64,000 bases of DNA from Gnetum montanum (taxonomy: Eukaryota > Plantae > Gnetophyta): assembly GCA_015680685.1 (NCBI GenBank), contig MNCI01000542.1, forward strand, positions 95,989-159,988. Direction: 5' to 3'. Position 1 is the stretch's first letter; each line of letters opens with the position of its first letter. The position numbers and the translations under genes were made by a program. Below are positions 1-13,300 of this stretch, piece after piece. Below the pieces are notes generated by a model. It did not search any database, was not told the origin of the DNA, and was given only the letters and a program-made list of their open reading frames with translations.

Positions 1-1250
1 ATCTCATAGGTAAAGAAGCAATAAAAGAAAATCCTATCGCCTTGAAATTAGCATCTAACAAGAAGAAACCGGTTGAACAAGAAATGAACAAGCAGAAAGA
101 AATAGCTCTTCTATTAAGAAGAGTTCAAAGGTTTCTATGAAGAAAAGGAATAAGCTTTAATCAACCAAGGCCAAATCAATCCAACTCCAAACGTAAAGAT
201 AAATATAATAGTTTTTCAAATTAAAATTTTGATGTATTTTCAATATAATGTTGGGTATGTGGTGGAAGAGGCCATGTGACCTCCGAATGTCATAGTATTG
301 ATAGGTTACAAGATAACTAAAGTGGATACAAAAAATACTAACTTCTACATAAGATGGGATGATTAAGAGCAAAGTGAAGGAGAGGTGGATGATACTTCAA
401 AAGAGTCACATCTCATTTGTATGGCTCTCATAGATGATGAAGTTAGCTTATCTGATGTTGATGATCAAATGGAAATTGATGAAAAAAGGTATGACCTCTT
501 CTGCAATGAACTTTTATCTCTTCAAAATATTTGTATAAAGTTAAATAAGGAATTAAAAAAAAATTATTAAGATGTATCTTCATTAAATATGAAAATTTTA
601 GATCTCACAAAAGAAACCTCAAACCTGAGGGCTGAAAATAAAAACTAAACTTATCCTATGAGTAGATTAAATAAGAACTTGCATATGCTAAAATTGTAAA
701 TGAGAGTCTAGTCAAAGCAAAAGAATCTCTCTTGATATTTCTTGGGCAAGGAAGAAATCCAAATGATAAAAGAAAACTACGATGTTGTCAATAAGAATAA
801 GCATCTGCATAAAATTTATCCAAACAAGAGGCCACTTCAAAAAATTGAGGTAACTATTAGTACTACATCCAAACAAATAGCAACTCCAACATTTGATAAC
901 ATTAATCAAAATAAAAGGGTTAAGTGTTATTATTGTAATAGATTTTTACATAAGCAATGGAATTTCCATTTAAAACATTATCATATGAACACCTAGACAT
1001 ATCACAAAACTCCTTGGTCTTTATCCAAATGTATCTAGAAAGAAAATTGGGCAGGATAAGAAGAAAGGGTAGACTAATCAAAAAAGCAAGGAAGTCAAGA
1101 AGGTATGGAGAATTAAAAAGAAGGAAGATATTGATAGAATCCTCTCCAAAAAAAATTATGAAGGAAAGACAATATTTAAAAATAAACAAAATTTGCATGA
1201 GAGGAGGTACTTCAAAAGAGGGATCTCATTTTCAAGCTCCTTAGGCACCT
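1..1250 (+). pseudogene. gag: Copia-type gag C-terminal region, fragmented
   Basis: ORF fragments 385-570, 742-996 and 957-1244, with a coiled-coil segment and CxxC knuckle remnant, broken by stops and frameshifts. Confidence 0.55.
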
Positions 1251-1639
1251 TCAATTTCTTCAGTAAGTAAGGTAAGTAGAGGTAAGTATTCAATTCATTT
1301 TGAATATCTCTTAAGACTATAATCCTTGGTAGTCAACTCCTAAACATTTTCTTGCTAGGACATCTACATGAAAAGATAAATGTCTACTTTCTGAGTTACA
1401 CATGTACTTGATTTTATGATAAACGTGGCATAGACATCTATATCTCAAAGGAGATGTCTATATTTTTGCAAAAACCCTTGATAATTATGATTATATAAAT
1501 TGAAACCTTAATTTTTCTTTCATTCTTCCACATCCAAGAATAGATGACTAAGGTTAGAGGATCAAGGCTTCTTCAACAATAGTGAGTTGTGCATTTTTCT
1601 TCAAAATTGATGATCCACAAGAAGGTTGAAATATCCAAG

Positions 1640-2448
1640 CAATGGTCATGGAAGAGCAAGTAGTCCAAGGGACCTTCATCCAACATTGCAGGAACCTATT
1701 CTCCTCAATTTTGGTCCATTGAGCCTTAGCATTAATTTGAGGTAACTCGAACCATCTCTGTTATTTCTAAACATTATCTTTACTTCTAGTAATGTCATTA
1801 GAAAGAGTTAATGACATTATTTCAAGTATTGAATTCGGTTTCATTCATTTCCAAGAATTTTTGTATGCCTAAAATTCTCATAAGAAAATTCTATAGTAAC
1901 ATTTCCATTACAAATGCTTCCATTGGGGCCTTTACTTCCATGGTTGAAGAGATGTTGATTAAGGTTTCACCTCAATTTGTAAATGCAATTCTTGGGATAT
2001 CTAGTGTTGATGTTCATAGGATCATCATTCATCACATGACTAAAATTTTCATGAATGGTGTGATTTCTATTTTCCAAGATAAATTTTGTGATGCTTTGTT
2101 TAGGCAATCAGTGTCTCTGTGCAATGGGAGAATTCATAGGAGTTAGATGGTTTCAAATGCTTCCACCCTCTTTCTCATTATTCTATATAATATTTTTGTA
2201 AAAGGGGAAAGCTATAACTATTTGTTACCAACCCAAGCATTTGTTCACTACTGCCTTCTCACTAGACAACCTTTAGACTTGGGTCATATTCTTTGCCAAG
2301 GAATGTTGGGCTTGTTCACCAAGGAGAGAATCTATGGGCATCCTCACCTCATCAATTTGCTAATTTGATAAATAGGTTTTCCAATTCTTGATATGCCTTT
2401 TCTTGAAGGCAAGAGGGGCCTTGGTGAGTATTTAGAAAAGAGGAGATC
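1640..2448 (+). pseudogene. Accessory ('env-like'/plant transposon protein-like) ORF of the SIRE-like element, 5' part; continues at 8072-~8860
   Basis: ORFs 1811-2146 and 2147-2368 (LIRKFYSNI...IKVSPQFVNAILGI; CLLTRQPLDLGHILCQGM...HPHLINLLI) resemble the putative plant transposon protein (Transposase_32-like) domain by eye. Coding-like S/P/D-rich sequence resumes after the TSD at 8072. Confidence 0.5.
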
Positions 2449-3132
2449 TATCACAACCCTTTGAGTTGCTGATACCAAAGCTTGCGTGCAGGTTGGCACA
2501 AGCTACAGTTGGTCCACACCCTGGGTATGGAAAGACATTTTTTGGCTACAAAGGAAGGCGGAGTGCATGCATGCACTCAGTAACCTGAATTGGGTGGCAC
2601 ATGTAGCAAGTGCGCTAGGTAACTGGAGTTACCAAAATAGATGAAGCCAAGTGGGATGCATGCAAGAAGGCTATAGCTAGATTCATCTAGATGTAGTGCA
2701 TGCGCATCTATTACTGCCAGACGAAGCTAGGTGGGATGCATGTAAGGGGAGCTACAGCTGGGTTTATCCAGATGTAGCACATGCACATCTACTATTGCTA
2801 GTTGGGACAAAGTATATGGAAGATATAACTGGCAATGGGTTATTGCTAGTTGGATATGCAAGTGACGGGTTTGCAACACCAGTCACAGGAGTGTACTAGC
2901 AAGGTCGGGTACACCTGCATCTATAAATACAAAGAGGTGCTGCTCACATTGGGGCAACCTCCTGTACATGTTGTACTATGTTCCTTTGCGAGTAAAGGTT
3001 GGGAGGTTTTCCTATAATCATGTTTCCCCTATGTTTGAACATCGTTGGGCATTATTGTGAGTAGCTAGCTAAGTCGGGCACTTAGCACTATCACATGGTG
3101 AAAATGTTTTCACTGAGACTCAGTCAGTGATA
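2449..3132 (+). repeat. 5' LTR of chromovirus (684 bp)
   Basis: Direct repeat of 7376-8066; termini TATCA...GTGATA (decayed TG...CA); TATAAATA at ~2923. Confidence 0.93.
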
Positions 3133-3134
3133 GT

Positions 3135-3146
3135 TGGTATCAAGGC
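3135..3146 (+). promoter_or_regulatory. Primer-binding site, tRNA-iMet type
   Basis: TGGTATCAAGGC 2 nt after the LTR; canonical form is TGGTATCAGAGC. Confidence 0.85.
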
Positions 3147-3156
3147 AAAGGTTTTT

Positions 3157-6100
3157 ATGATGGAGGACCTTGCTAAGCATGTTACTATCTTGGAATCATT
3201 GATTGAAGCCCTAGCTCCTAATGCTCGATCCCTTGTAGATCAAGCAGTTTCACACCATAGGGAAATCAACGATCTATAGCAAAGTAATGATGTGGTGTAG
3301 AGAAAAATTGAATATCATGTGGGTGATATCGAGGGCATAAAGTTACATCTCTCATTCCTTAAGGATGACATCACATTACTCAAGAAGATCATTGTAGGAT
3401 CTTCATATGGGGGTAGGAACCCAGATATCTTCAAACTGAAAGTGCCAAAGCCAAAATAGTTTGGAGGAAGTCAGAACACGAAGGAACTGGAAAACTTCCT
3501 TTGGGACATGGAGTAATACTTTTGTGCTACTTGTGTTCTTGAGGACTATAGGGTTATGATAACTAGCATGTATCTCATTAGAGATGCAAAGCTTTAGTGG
3601 AGGACGTGGCTAGAGAATGATGTGAGTGTCGACTGCCCTCAAATCACAACATGGGAGGTGCTAAGAAAGGAGCTGAAGGATCAGTTCCTTCCTCTAAATG
3701 CCATGTGGGTAGCATGGGAATCCCTAATAAATCTGAGATACACCATTACCTTGCACAATTATGTGAAGGAATTTGGTTCCCTAATACTAGACATTAAGAA
3801 TATGTCTGACAAGGACAAGTTGTTTAACTTCCCTTCAAGGTTGCATCCGTAGGCTTAGGCAAAGTTGAGGAGGAAAAACATGAAAGATCTATCAATGGCT
3901 ATAGTCACTAAAAATGGCTTTTTCAACTATAAGTGGGCCAATTCTAAATCCTATTCAGAGTGGAAGAAGCCCTAGGATAAGCGCAAGAAGGAAGGAAAGC
4001 AACACTGAGGCCCTAAAGACAAGAAGAAAGAGGGGGTGCCTTCCAAACCCAAGGGAGATGGAGCCTCACAAGGAAAGAAATTCTTTTCTAGTTGCTTCAT
4101 TTGTGATGGACCACATTGGGCTCATGACTATCCATGAAGAGAGAGGCTTGTGACTCTCAAACTTTAGGTGGAAGCTAAGGGAGATGGTAGTAACTCAAGG
4201 TGTAACCCATCATAGTTGCTAAACATCCTTGCCTAGTAGAACTCTAGCCCATCCAATGAGCTAATGTTCATAGAGGTCTTCCTGAAGGGAAAAAAGGTAA
4301 TAGCAATGTTGTTTATGGGAGTAAAAAACAACTTCACATCCCAGCATTTGGTGAAGAAACTTGGCTTAATTGTCGCCAAGAGCCATAGCAAGGTAAAGGC
4401 TATGAACTCGGGGACACAGCCTGTTCATGGTATGATATCCTCTCCTCTCAGAGTTGGCCTTTGGACAGACAATTGTAACTTTTTGATCATCTATTTAGAT
4501 GAATTTGAGTTGATTTTGGGGGTTGAATTCTTTGTAAAGGCCAAAGCTTTTGTGGGACCACACTTGGGGGGAATGTTGATTACCAATGCAAGGTAACCCA
4601 ACTTTATCCCAATCAAATGTAAAAAGCCTAAACTATGTTTCAGTTGATGACTCAAAAAAATGCAGGGTAAAAAGGGGTGAAGTCACTATGCTAGCTACCT
4701 TGGTGAAAATCAAAGAGAATGAGATAGTGGAAGTACCTAATTATGTGGGCAATCTACTAACAAAATTTGCAGATGTGATGCCGCCAGAGTTGCCCAAGGT
4801 CTTACCTCCCAAGAGAAAGTTAGACCACCGGATATAGTTGGAACCAAGGGTGAGGCCACCCAAGAGTATTCCATATCATATGTTCCCCATGGATCTTGTT
4901 GAGTTGCAAAGGAAGCTGGATGAGTTGTTGGAGGCTAGCTACCTTCAACCTTTGAAGGCATCATATGGAGCACCGGTGCTCTTCCAAAAGATGCAAGATG
5001 AAACCCTATAGATGTGCATGGATTATTCGGCACTAAAAAATCATCATAAAAAATAAGTACCCAGTGTCAAATGTGGCAAACTTGTTCAATTATTTGGCAA
5101 AATCCAAGTATTTTACCAAACTAGATCTGAGGTCTAGGTATTGGCAGGTGCGCATCGCTATTAGGGATGAAGCAAAAATAGCGTGTGTAACTCATTATGG
5201 TTCTTTCAACTTCTTGGTGATTCCATTTGGTGTCATAATGCCCCTTCCACATTTTGTAATTTGATGAATGATGTTTTATATAATTTTCTAGATAGATCGG
5301 TGGTGATCTATCTAGATGATATTATGGTGTATAGCAAGAGTCTGGAGGCTCATGTGAACACCTAAGGTAGGTTTTCTCAAGGCTGAGAGAAAATCAATTG
5401 TATATAAAGAAAGAAAAATGTGAATTTGGTGTCTAGGATATTTTGTTCCTAGGTCACCGAATATTAAAAGGGAAGATCTAGATGGATGATTGGAAAGTGA
5501 AGGCAATTTTGGAGTGGCCCACTCCAAAGAAGGTGCCTAAATTGCGGTCCTTATCAGGACTTGCAAACTATTACCAACAGTTCATTGAGGGCTACGCAAG
5601 GAAGGTAGTTCCCTTGACTGATTTTCTAAAAAAAAATCAAGTGTGGGTTTGAACAAAGGCCTGTGAGAAGGCCTTTCAGAAAATTAAGGAATTTGTGTGA
5701 ACTGTTTGATCAAAGGATAGCTTAGCAAGGTTTTCTCTCCCAGAAAAAGCTCTCCCTAAAGTAGGCAAGGTGGTAGGAGTACCTTGCAGAATTTGACTTA
5801 GACTGGCTTCATCAACTTGGGCAGGAGAACCAAGTAGCAAATGCACTAAGTCGAACGGAAGTCCAGGCCTACATAGCTACATTGATGACAGTTCACTCGA
5901 ACTTTGTTGACAAGGTGAAGGAAGTTGTGGAAGTGAATAAGACCTATTGTCAACTTTAACAACATGTGCATGAGGGCCTCGTAAGAAAAAATTTTCTTAA
6001 GGCTAATATTTTGTATGCTTGGGGTAGCAGATTGTATGTTCCTAAGGGTGGGAGACTATAGTGTGAACTCATGAGGGAAACCCATGATACCCAGTAGGCT

Positions 6101-7375
6101 ACACACCCAAGGATGAAGAGAATGTTGGCTTTTCTATCTCAAGGCTACTTTTTGCCCAAGATGGAAGAGGATGTGGAATTGTATGTGAGAACCTGTCTAG
6201 TGTGTTAGCTAGACAAGATAAAGAAGAAGAAGTAGGCTAGGCTTCTTCAACCTCTCCAAATCCCAGAAAGACCATGGGAATCTATTTTCATGGATTTCAT
6301 CAGTAGGTTCCTATAGGTGGATGGGAAGGTGTCAGTATAGGTTGTGGTGGATCAGTTCTCAAAATATGTTGTGTTTGTAGCTACACCTTAGGCATGCATT
6401 GTAGAAACAATTGTCAAACTCTTCTTTTAGCATGTTGCAAAGGTATTCAAGGTGCTGAGAGATATTGTAAGTGATCAAGATGCCTAGTTCTAGGTGGTGT
6501 TGTTCTCTTTGATGGGCTTAGAATTGAAATTTTTCATAGCCAACCATCCCCAGATGGATGGGCAAAGTAACCAAGTGAATTCTTTGGTTGAAGAGTATTT
6601 TCACCACTTTGTAACCACAAGTTAGTGAAATTGGGTTGCATTGTTAGACACTACCCAATTATGCTACAACTTGCATCAAACTTCTTCAACGGAATTGAGT
6701 CCTACAGAGTTGGTCTTTGGGCATTAGCCCATAACACCATTGGAGGTGGCAAAATCTAAGTCACAAGGGAAATGCCCAGCAGTGTATCACTTTGCATACG
6801 ATAAGCAAGACTTGTATGAGCAAGCTTAGGATAGCTTAGCTAAGGCATAGAGGTGCATGAAGAAGTATGCTAATCAAAATCAAAGGGCAATCAAGTTCAA
6901 TGATGGGGATAAGATCTTGTTCAAACTTACTCCCCAAATCTAGAAGAAGGTCACCAATAAACGATACCACAAAGGCCTTCATCTAGAAGTACAATGGACT
7001 GTTTGAGGTTGTGAAGTGGGTAGGCAATGCGGCCTATTAATTGAAACTACTAGAGAAGATGAGACTCCATCTGATGTTTCATGTGAGCTTTCTCAAACCC
7101 TTTTATGAGGATGTGGCAAGGAAAAAATTCAAGAGAGCCCCTCCTGACGTTCAAAATAAATTTTAAAGAATGGCTGAGAGGATTCTTAGCCATTGCACCA
7201 AAGGTGCTAGCTGAGAGAATCAACAAACTGACTACTTAAACCTATGGAATGGCTATAGTGAAGAGGACATCACATGGGAACATGACGTTAACTTATCGTA
7301 GTTTGAGAAGTTAATCAAACTCTACTTAGAGGGACTTCTGATGAGGACATTGGACTCATCCGGTGGGGATGAGTT
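3157..7375 (+). pseudogene. gag-pol: gag-pol polyprotein (gag, PR, RT, partial RH, INT, chromodomain), many stops and frameshifts
   Basis: Gag 3430-3850; PR 4264-4596 (ELILGVEF); RT with FTKLDLRSRYWQVRI and YLDDI (5064-5365); INT ~6060-7100 (LQPLQIPERPWESIFMDFI, NHPQMDGQ); chromodomain-like YLNLWNGYSEEDITWE at ~7230-7290. Confidence 0.9.
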
Positions 7376-8066
7376 TGTCATGACCCCTTGAGTTGCTAAT
7401 ACCAAGGCTCACATGCAAGCTGGTGTGAGCTATGGTTGGTCCATGCCCTGGGTGTGGAAAGACATTTTTTGGCTATAAATGAAGGTGAAGCACATGCGTG
7501 CACTTAGTAACTTGAATTAGGTGGCATGTGTAGCAAGTGTGCTAGGTAACTAGAGTTACCAAAATAGATGAAGTCAAGTGGGATGCATGTGAGGAGGCTA
7601 CAACTAGATTCATCCAGATGAAGCGCATGCACATCTGTTACTGCTAGATGAAGCTAAGTGGGATGCATGTAAGGGGAGCTACAGCTGGGTTCATTCATAC
7701 ATAGCACATGCAAATCTACTATTGCTAGTTGAGGCAAAGTGGATGGAAGACAGAATTGACATTGCGTTACATGCATACTCCATGTTGGATATGCAAGTGA
7801 TAGGTTTGTAGCATCAATCATGGGAGCGTACTAGCAAGGTCAGGTACACCCATGCCTATAAATACAAGAGGTGCTGCTCACATTGGGGCAACCTCCTATA
7901 CATGTTGTATTATATTCCTTTGTCAGTAAAGATTGGGATTTTTTCCTATAAGCGTGTTTCCCCTATGCTTGAGCATTGCTGGGCATCATTGTGAGTAGCT
8001 AGCTAAGTCAAGAACTTAACGCTATCACCTAGTAAAAATTTTTCCATTAAGACTCACCCAGTGACA
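7376..8066 (+). repeat. 3' LTR of chromovirus (691 bp)
   Basis: TGTCA...GTGACA; direct repeat of 2449-3132. Confidence 0.93.
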
Positions 8067-9285
8067 AGATCCACCCATGCTAAAGATGAAAAACCTAGCA
8101 CCAAGCTACAAATATCAAGGAAGAATGGATCTATATCACCATCTTAAACCTATTCTTAGTTGATAAGGTCTAAATGTTTTGAAGATCAAGTGATATCTAC
8201 TATGAAGAAGCTACTTAAGCCATTTTCTCACACTATTAGGATGATTGGCAGGAACCTCTCTTACCTTCATAAGAGAATGAATGTAGCTAGAGCACCTTTT
8301 CCTTCTCATGGGTAGTAGTTTGAGGAGATTACCACTCCTCCCATATCAAATAGCAAGGAGGACTATCCAATCCCAGCTAGACACCTAGCAACTATTGGAC
8401 CTTCTTTGGCATATAACTTAGGAAATGCATCTAATTCTAAGAGTCTTGATGCATCACAAGTAGGAGTCTAGGGGAGATTTCTGATCCCATGTAGGCTGGA
8501 CTTAGTTCTCATCTTCATAATGATGCTTCATAGAATTTTGAATAGCAGGCCATGGAGAGCATATTTGGATCTTCTTCTTAGATGAGACTAATAGATCCCA
8601 TCACTTATCAAAGGGAGGGTACTTCCTCATCTTCTTAGTAGGTCCCATCTAATCCACCTACTTCATCCTAGTTCCAAGTGAAGCTTTGTCCTAAGAGGGC
8701 TCCAGTCCATGTCCCTTCTTCTAATAATGATGATGAGTAGCACATTTCTAGCACCAGTGCCAACACCAAAAAGGATGATGATGATGAGGAGACCTATAGG
8801 TCTTCTTATTCTAATGATAAGTTTGATGAGGCTATTGAGATTAGTAATTAGAGTCCTTAGTTGGCCCCTCCTTTTGGATGATGTCCAAAAAGGGGAAGAA
8901 TTTTTGGATACTTTGTGGGCCATCTTGTGGATAGGATACATTTGTACATTCTAGATGCTTATGGACAATGATAGTATGTTATGGCTCCTATATGTCATAT
9001 GCCTATGTATGGATAGAAGTTTATGAACTTTATACCCTTTGTATATGGATTCATCTACTATGTTATAGAGAAAGGTTTGCCCTTGGATAGTTTATGGACA
9101 TCTCTTATTTCTTTTTGAACCTATTGTCTTGAGATCTTATATTTTTACCTTAGTGATACCCTTTAGCTGCCATTGGAATTTATACATCTTAAGTGTTCTG
9201 ATTATTTACTACTATTTAAAGTTTATGTCATAATATTTACTAATACATTTTCTTAATTTTTGAACATCATTAAAAAGGGAAAGAC

Positions 9286-10383
9286 TTTTGAATTTTTTGC
9301 ATGTAAAATCCTTAAGGAAAATGAAGAAAATAGAATGTTTGTGATGGATAATTTTTTTGTAGGACATCAATAAGAACTCCACAATGAGATCTAAGAACTC
9401 AAGAAAACAAGATCTATAGCAAGATGTCGAAACAAATACTACATGGGCAAGATGCAAGCATGAACAAAAACAAAGGCTACAAATCAAATGAAGATGTTCC
9501 AAGGACTAGCAAGAAGGTAATTTGATAGGAGAAAGCTTTAGAAGTTACAGCTCAAAATTTGTGAAGACATATTTGGAAAACAATAGATGTCTATCTTCAA
9601 TAGTAGACGTCTCACTGTAGACATCCCAATATAGACATTCCATTTGCCAATGAGATGTCTCTCCTAAATTGAGGTCAATCTTAGTTAGATGTCCTCATAT
9701 TAAAGTAGATATCTACACTAGTTTTTTGATAGCCATTGCATGAATTTGGGGGATTTTTTGGAAACTCTAAGGCTATAAGGTGATATCAACATCTTGGAAA
9801 TTGTGAAATCACTATTCACACTTAAGCTCCTCATTGTCTATTCTATGCAATTCTATTCTTGCTCTTCATTATAATATCATTTGCTTGATTATAATTTGTG
9901 CTAAGCTTGAAGTACAAGGACTTGTAAATTTAGTTACACTATTTCTTTCTTCTTTTTCCTCTTTCTTGTAAACCTATAGGGTTGATGTGCTTCTTGTAAG
10001 AACACATCCATATTGAGCTTGTCAGAATCCTATAAAGTTACGTGGTTTTGTAGTGTCAAAACACTTTATATTAGAGCTCAATTTTGTAAAGGTTATGGGA
10101 TCCTTGAAATCACATTCTGAGCTTATTGGGACCTTGCAGGGTTGAGTGGTTTCATAGCAATGAAACACTCTAGAGTGAATCTCAAATATTATGTAGGATA
10201 TGGTGCTCTTTAAATGACATCTTTTTAATGAAATAAAGTCCAGAGGTGTGTATGAGTTCTATCCTCTAAGTGTGAATATAACCAAGTTGGGGAACCACAT
10301 AAAATTTGGTGTGTTTGTGTGGTTGGTGCAATTTTAATTATGGAACTTATTCAACCTCCCTTCTAAGTTCTCAATCCGCATCA
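9286..10383 (+). repeat. 3' LTR of SIRE-like element (boundaries approximate)
   Basis: Follows the PPT AAAAAGGGAAAGA; contains an AGATGTCT/AGACATC motif cluster at 9580-9720; homologous in reverse complement to ~12720-13820. Confidence 0.6.
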
Positions 10384-13300
10384 TGATTCTATAATCATCC
10401 AATATTCTTTCCCTTTTGAAACATCAACAAAAAAGATAAGCCATAGCAATTCTATGACAAGGAGAGTAAATACATGCATATTCAACTTGTAAGACCTATA
10501 TCAAATATTTACAAGAAATATCAAAGAAATACAACTTCTCATGCTAAATATTTCAAACACCCAAATAGATTCTTAACAAGATGCTCATAAACAAAGTTAA
10601 ATATGTCAAGTTCAAAAATACATCGTTAAGAAATTCACTTTATGATAAAGATCCAAAATGTAACATGATCAAAAGAAACCTCATACGTTTATCTTAAATA
10701 CTTAACCAAGTTTAATATAAATATACCTCTTACTCGCTCATTCTTTGCTATGGGTGTTGGAGTAGAAGATGTTGTAACCTAAGTGCCTTTTGTTAAAAGT
10801 CCTTGAAGACTCCCCTCACACCTGTGGTCCAAAAGATATATGTTGCTGATAAGGTACATGATCCTCCTACATATGTGCAAATATCCTTCTCATCTTAATG
10901 CTTTAGTTGTAGGGAGAGTGGTATTCTCTGCTTTGACTTTTTAGGATCAACTTGTTCTTTTCAAAGATGTAATCTTCATTGTTCTTTTGTGATCAAAGTA
11001 CTAGACTTGCATTGCAACACTAAGATCAAGTGTGAAGACTAAGGTCTCCCATTAGCTATCTCTATAAAAAAAGTTTCTCCTAGACACTTAATAAGGAACC
11101 CCTTTTAAGAAGAAAGAACTATGTGATTAAACATTAAGGATCTAAAAATCATAGTAGCAACTATAGTCTTCAACTTTTGTAATGCATTCATTGCTTGAAC
11201 ATCCATTCATGGATTACTTTGCCTATATACCTCCTAAGATAGATGTCTACTATCAAAATGAGATGTCTTAAATGTAGCTGAGATGTCTAACTATTAGAGT
11301 AGATGTTTAACCTACCAAGGCTAACAATAAAGATGTTCATTTTGAGGTCTGGAATCTCTAGAGACTTCCAAACAAGTTCCCATAACCCCCATAACCTCCT
11401 ATACTTATCAAAATAAGTCTACAACACCCCCAGACATATCTTAACACCTTAAAATCATCAACATAATAAAACATACATAAACATCATACATACAATGAGA
11501 ATTACACAAGGACTCAGTGAAGTCCTCATTAAATGTCCATAAATCTATAGTTGCATATCAAGATCAAGTTTGGATACTTTTGAAAGCAAGGTTTTCCATT
11601 AATAGTACCTTATGATAAAGAGAGAAAATAATTCATATGCTCAAGAAATTCCTTTTGAAACGTTTCTTTTCTTAGAAGATACATGATTACATTAAAGGTA
11701 TCGATTCAATTGCTTCAATTACCATACATAAAATTTTTTTAGAAATAACTAGACTTTATGATTTCACAAGAAAGTAACAATGTCATATCATAGCTTAATT
11801 AAGAGTATAGGACATAAGTCATATATTTTTAAACAATAATAAATGTTCAACAAACAGATTTTGTTCCATGAATTATAGTCAATGGCTTTAAACCACTTGA
11901 AACCAATACATTCTAGTAAGAATCCAAAACATGATTTACCAATAAAAACTTTAAAAGTAGTACAAATGGGTTGTTATAGCTAATTATAGTTCACCAATCT
12001 ATAGGATCAAGTGGAAATTTCTTTGGATTTCTAAAGATTTCCAATAGCTTTTATTCAACCATAAAAATAAACTAATCTAGTCTAATCTTATCAAGTTAAG
12101 GAATAATGATTATGACTATACTTACCATTACTTACCTTACTTTCTAATGGAGAACAAGATGTCTAAGGAGATTGGAACTAAGATTCTACTTTTGAAGTGC
12201 CTCCTTTTATACCAATTTCATTGATTTCTAATGTCTTGCTCCCTTTCACAAAATTTTTGAGAGTTCTTTTACTTCCATTTTTTCACTTGATTCTTCATAC
12301 CTTTTTGTTCTCTTTAACTGTTTAATTTGTTCTCCATTCTTTTTTTCCCTACAAGATTTCCTTTGTAGGTGCATTTTGGTAAGACTAGGGAGTCTTATGA
12401 TACGACCAAGTGTTCATGTGATAATATTTTAAATTAAAATAAAATTTCTTATACCCAAATCTACTACAATAATAAATTCTAACCTTTCTATTGTGATTAA
12501 GGGGATCAAACCTTGGAGCTGATCTTGATTGGAATGTAGTTTCTATTGACACTTCAATCTTTGAAGAAGCCTTTTGTTAGGATGAAGTTTTTGTAGATGC
12601 TTCTTCTTGTGAACAACATCCTAGCCCACTTTTATCATGTGGATTTCTTCCTTGTCCTAGAATGATGCATAGGGATTCTTTTCCTTTGACAAGCCTTTCA
12701 TTCACCAATTTGGTATTTGAAAGTGTTTATGTGGTTTTCCAACTTGGGTGCATCCACACTTGGAGGGTAGAATCCTTGCATACCTCTGGATTTTATTCCT
12801 TGAAGATGTGGTTTAGAAGGCACCACAACCTTTACAATTTTTGAGTTCTGATCTAGAGTGTTTCATCACAACAAATCCACTCAACCCTACAAGGTCCCAA
12901 CAAGTTCAAAACATGGTTTAAAGGATCCCACAATCTTTACAAATGTGAGATCTGCATCTAAGTATTTTATCATCATAAACCTACCAACCCTGCAAGGTCC
13001 CAACAAGCTCAATGAAGATGCGTTATTACAAGAAGCACATCAACCTTATAGGGCTACAAAGAAAAAGAAAAGAAAAATATGGTGTAACTACACTTTACAA
13101 GTTCCTTATGTTTACGCTCTCACAAAACAACATACAAATGATATACAATAAAGAACACAAGTGCTACACAATATGTATATAATGATGATCTAATTGTGTG
13201 AATAGTGCTCTTTGATTCTAATGAATTCCTCTTTGTTTTATACTCTTTTAGCTAGATAATAGCTACATGAGATGTCTAATTTGAAGTGAAGACATCTTTC

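Larger units (their letters stand above)
2449..8066 (+). mobile_element. Ty3/gypsy chromovirus (Galadriel-like), both LTRs present, coding region decayed
   Basis: LTR pair 2449-3132 and 7376-8066. Perfect 5-bp TSD AGATC at 2444-2448 and 8067-8071. PBS TGGTATCAAGGC at 3135. Purine tract GGTGGGGATGAG before the 3' LTR. Gag motif VPKPK.FGGSQNTKELENFLWDME. Confidence 0.93.
1..10383 (+). mobile_element. Degenerate pol-less Ty1/copia SIRE(Maximus)-like LTR element; 5' part lies outside the window; interrupted by the 2449-8066 insertion
   Basis: Gag-like remnants (PIALKL, LICMALIDDE, KCYYCNRFLHKQWN knuckle) at 1-1250, then an accessory ORF. Repeated PPT-like tracts at ~8887 (AAAAGGGGAAGA) and ~9272 (AAAAAGGGAAAGA). 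An LTR follows, ending near the motif TATTCAACCTCCCTTCT, which resembles the conserved SIRE LTR 3' motif. No RT, RH or INT motifs seen. Confidence 0.55.

Noticed and set aside
1640-2448. True retroviral envelope gene
   Set aside because: No convincing signal peptide, cleavage site or transmembrane anchor is visible, so it is called an accessory ORF only.
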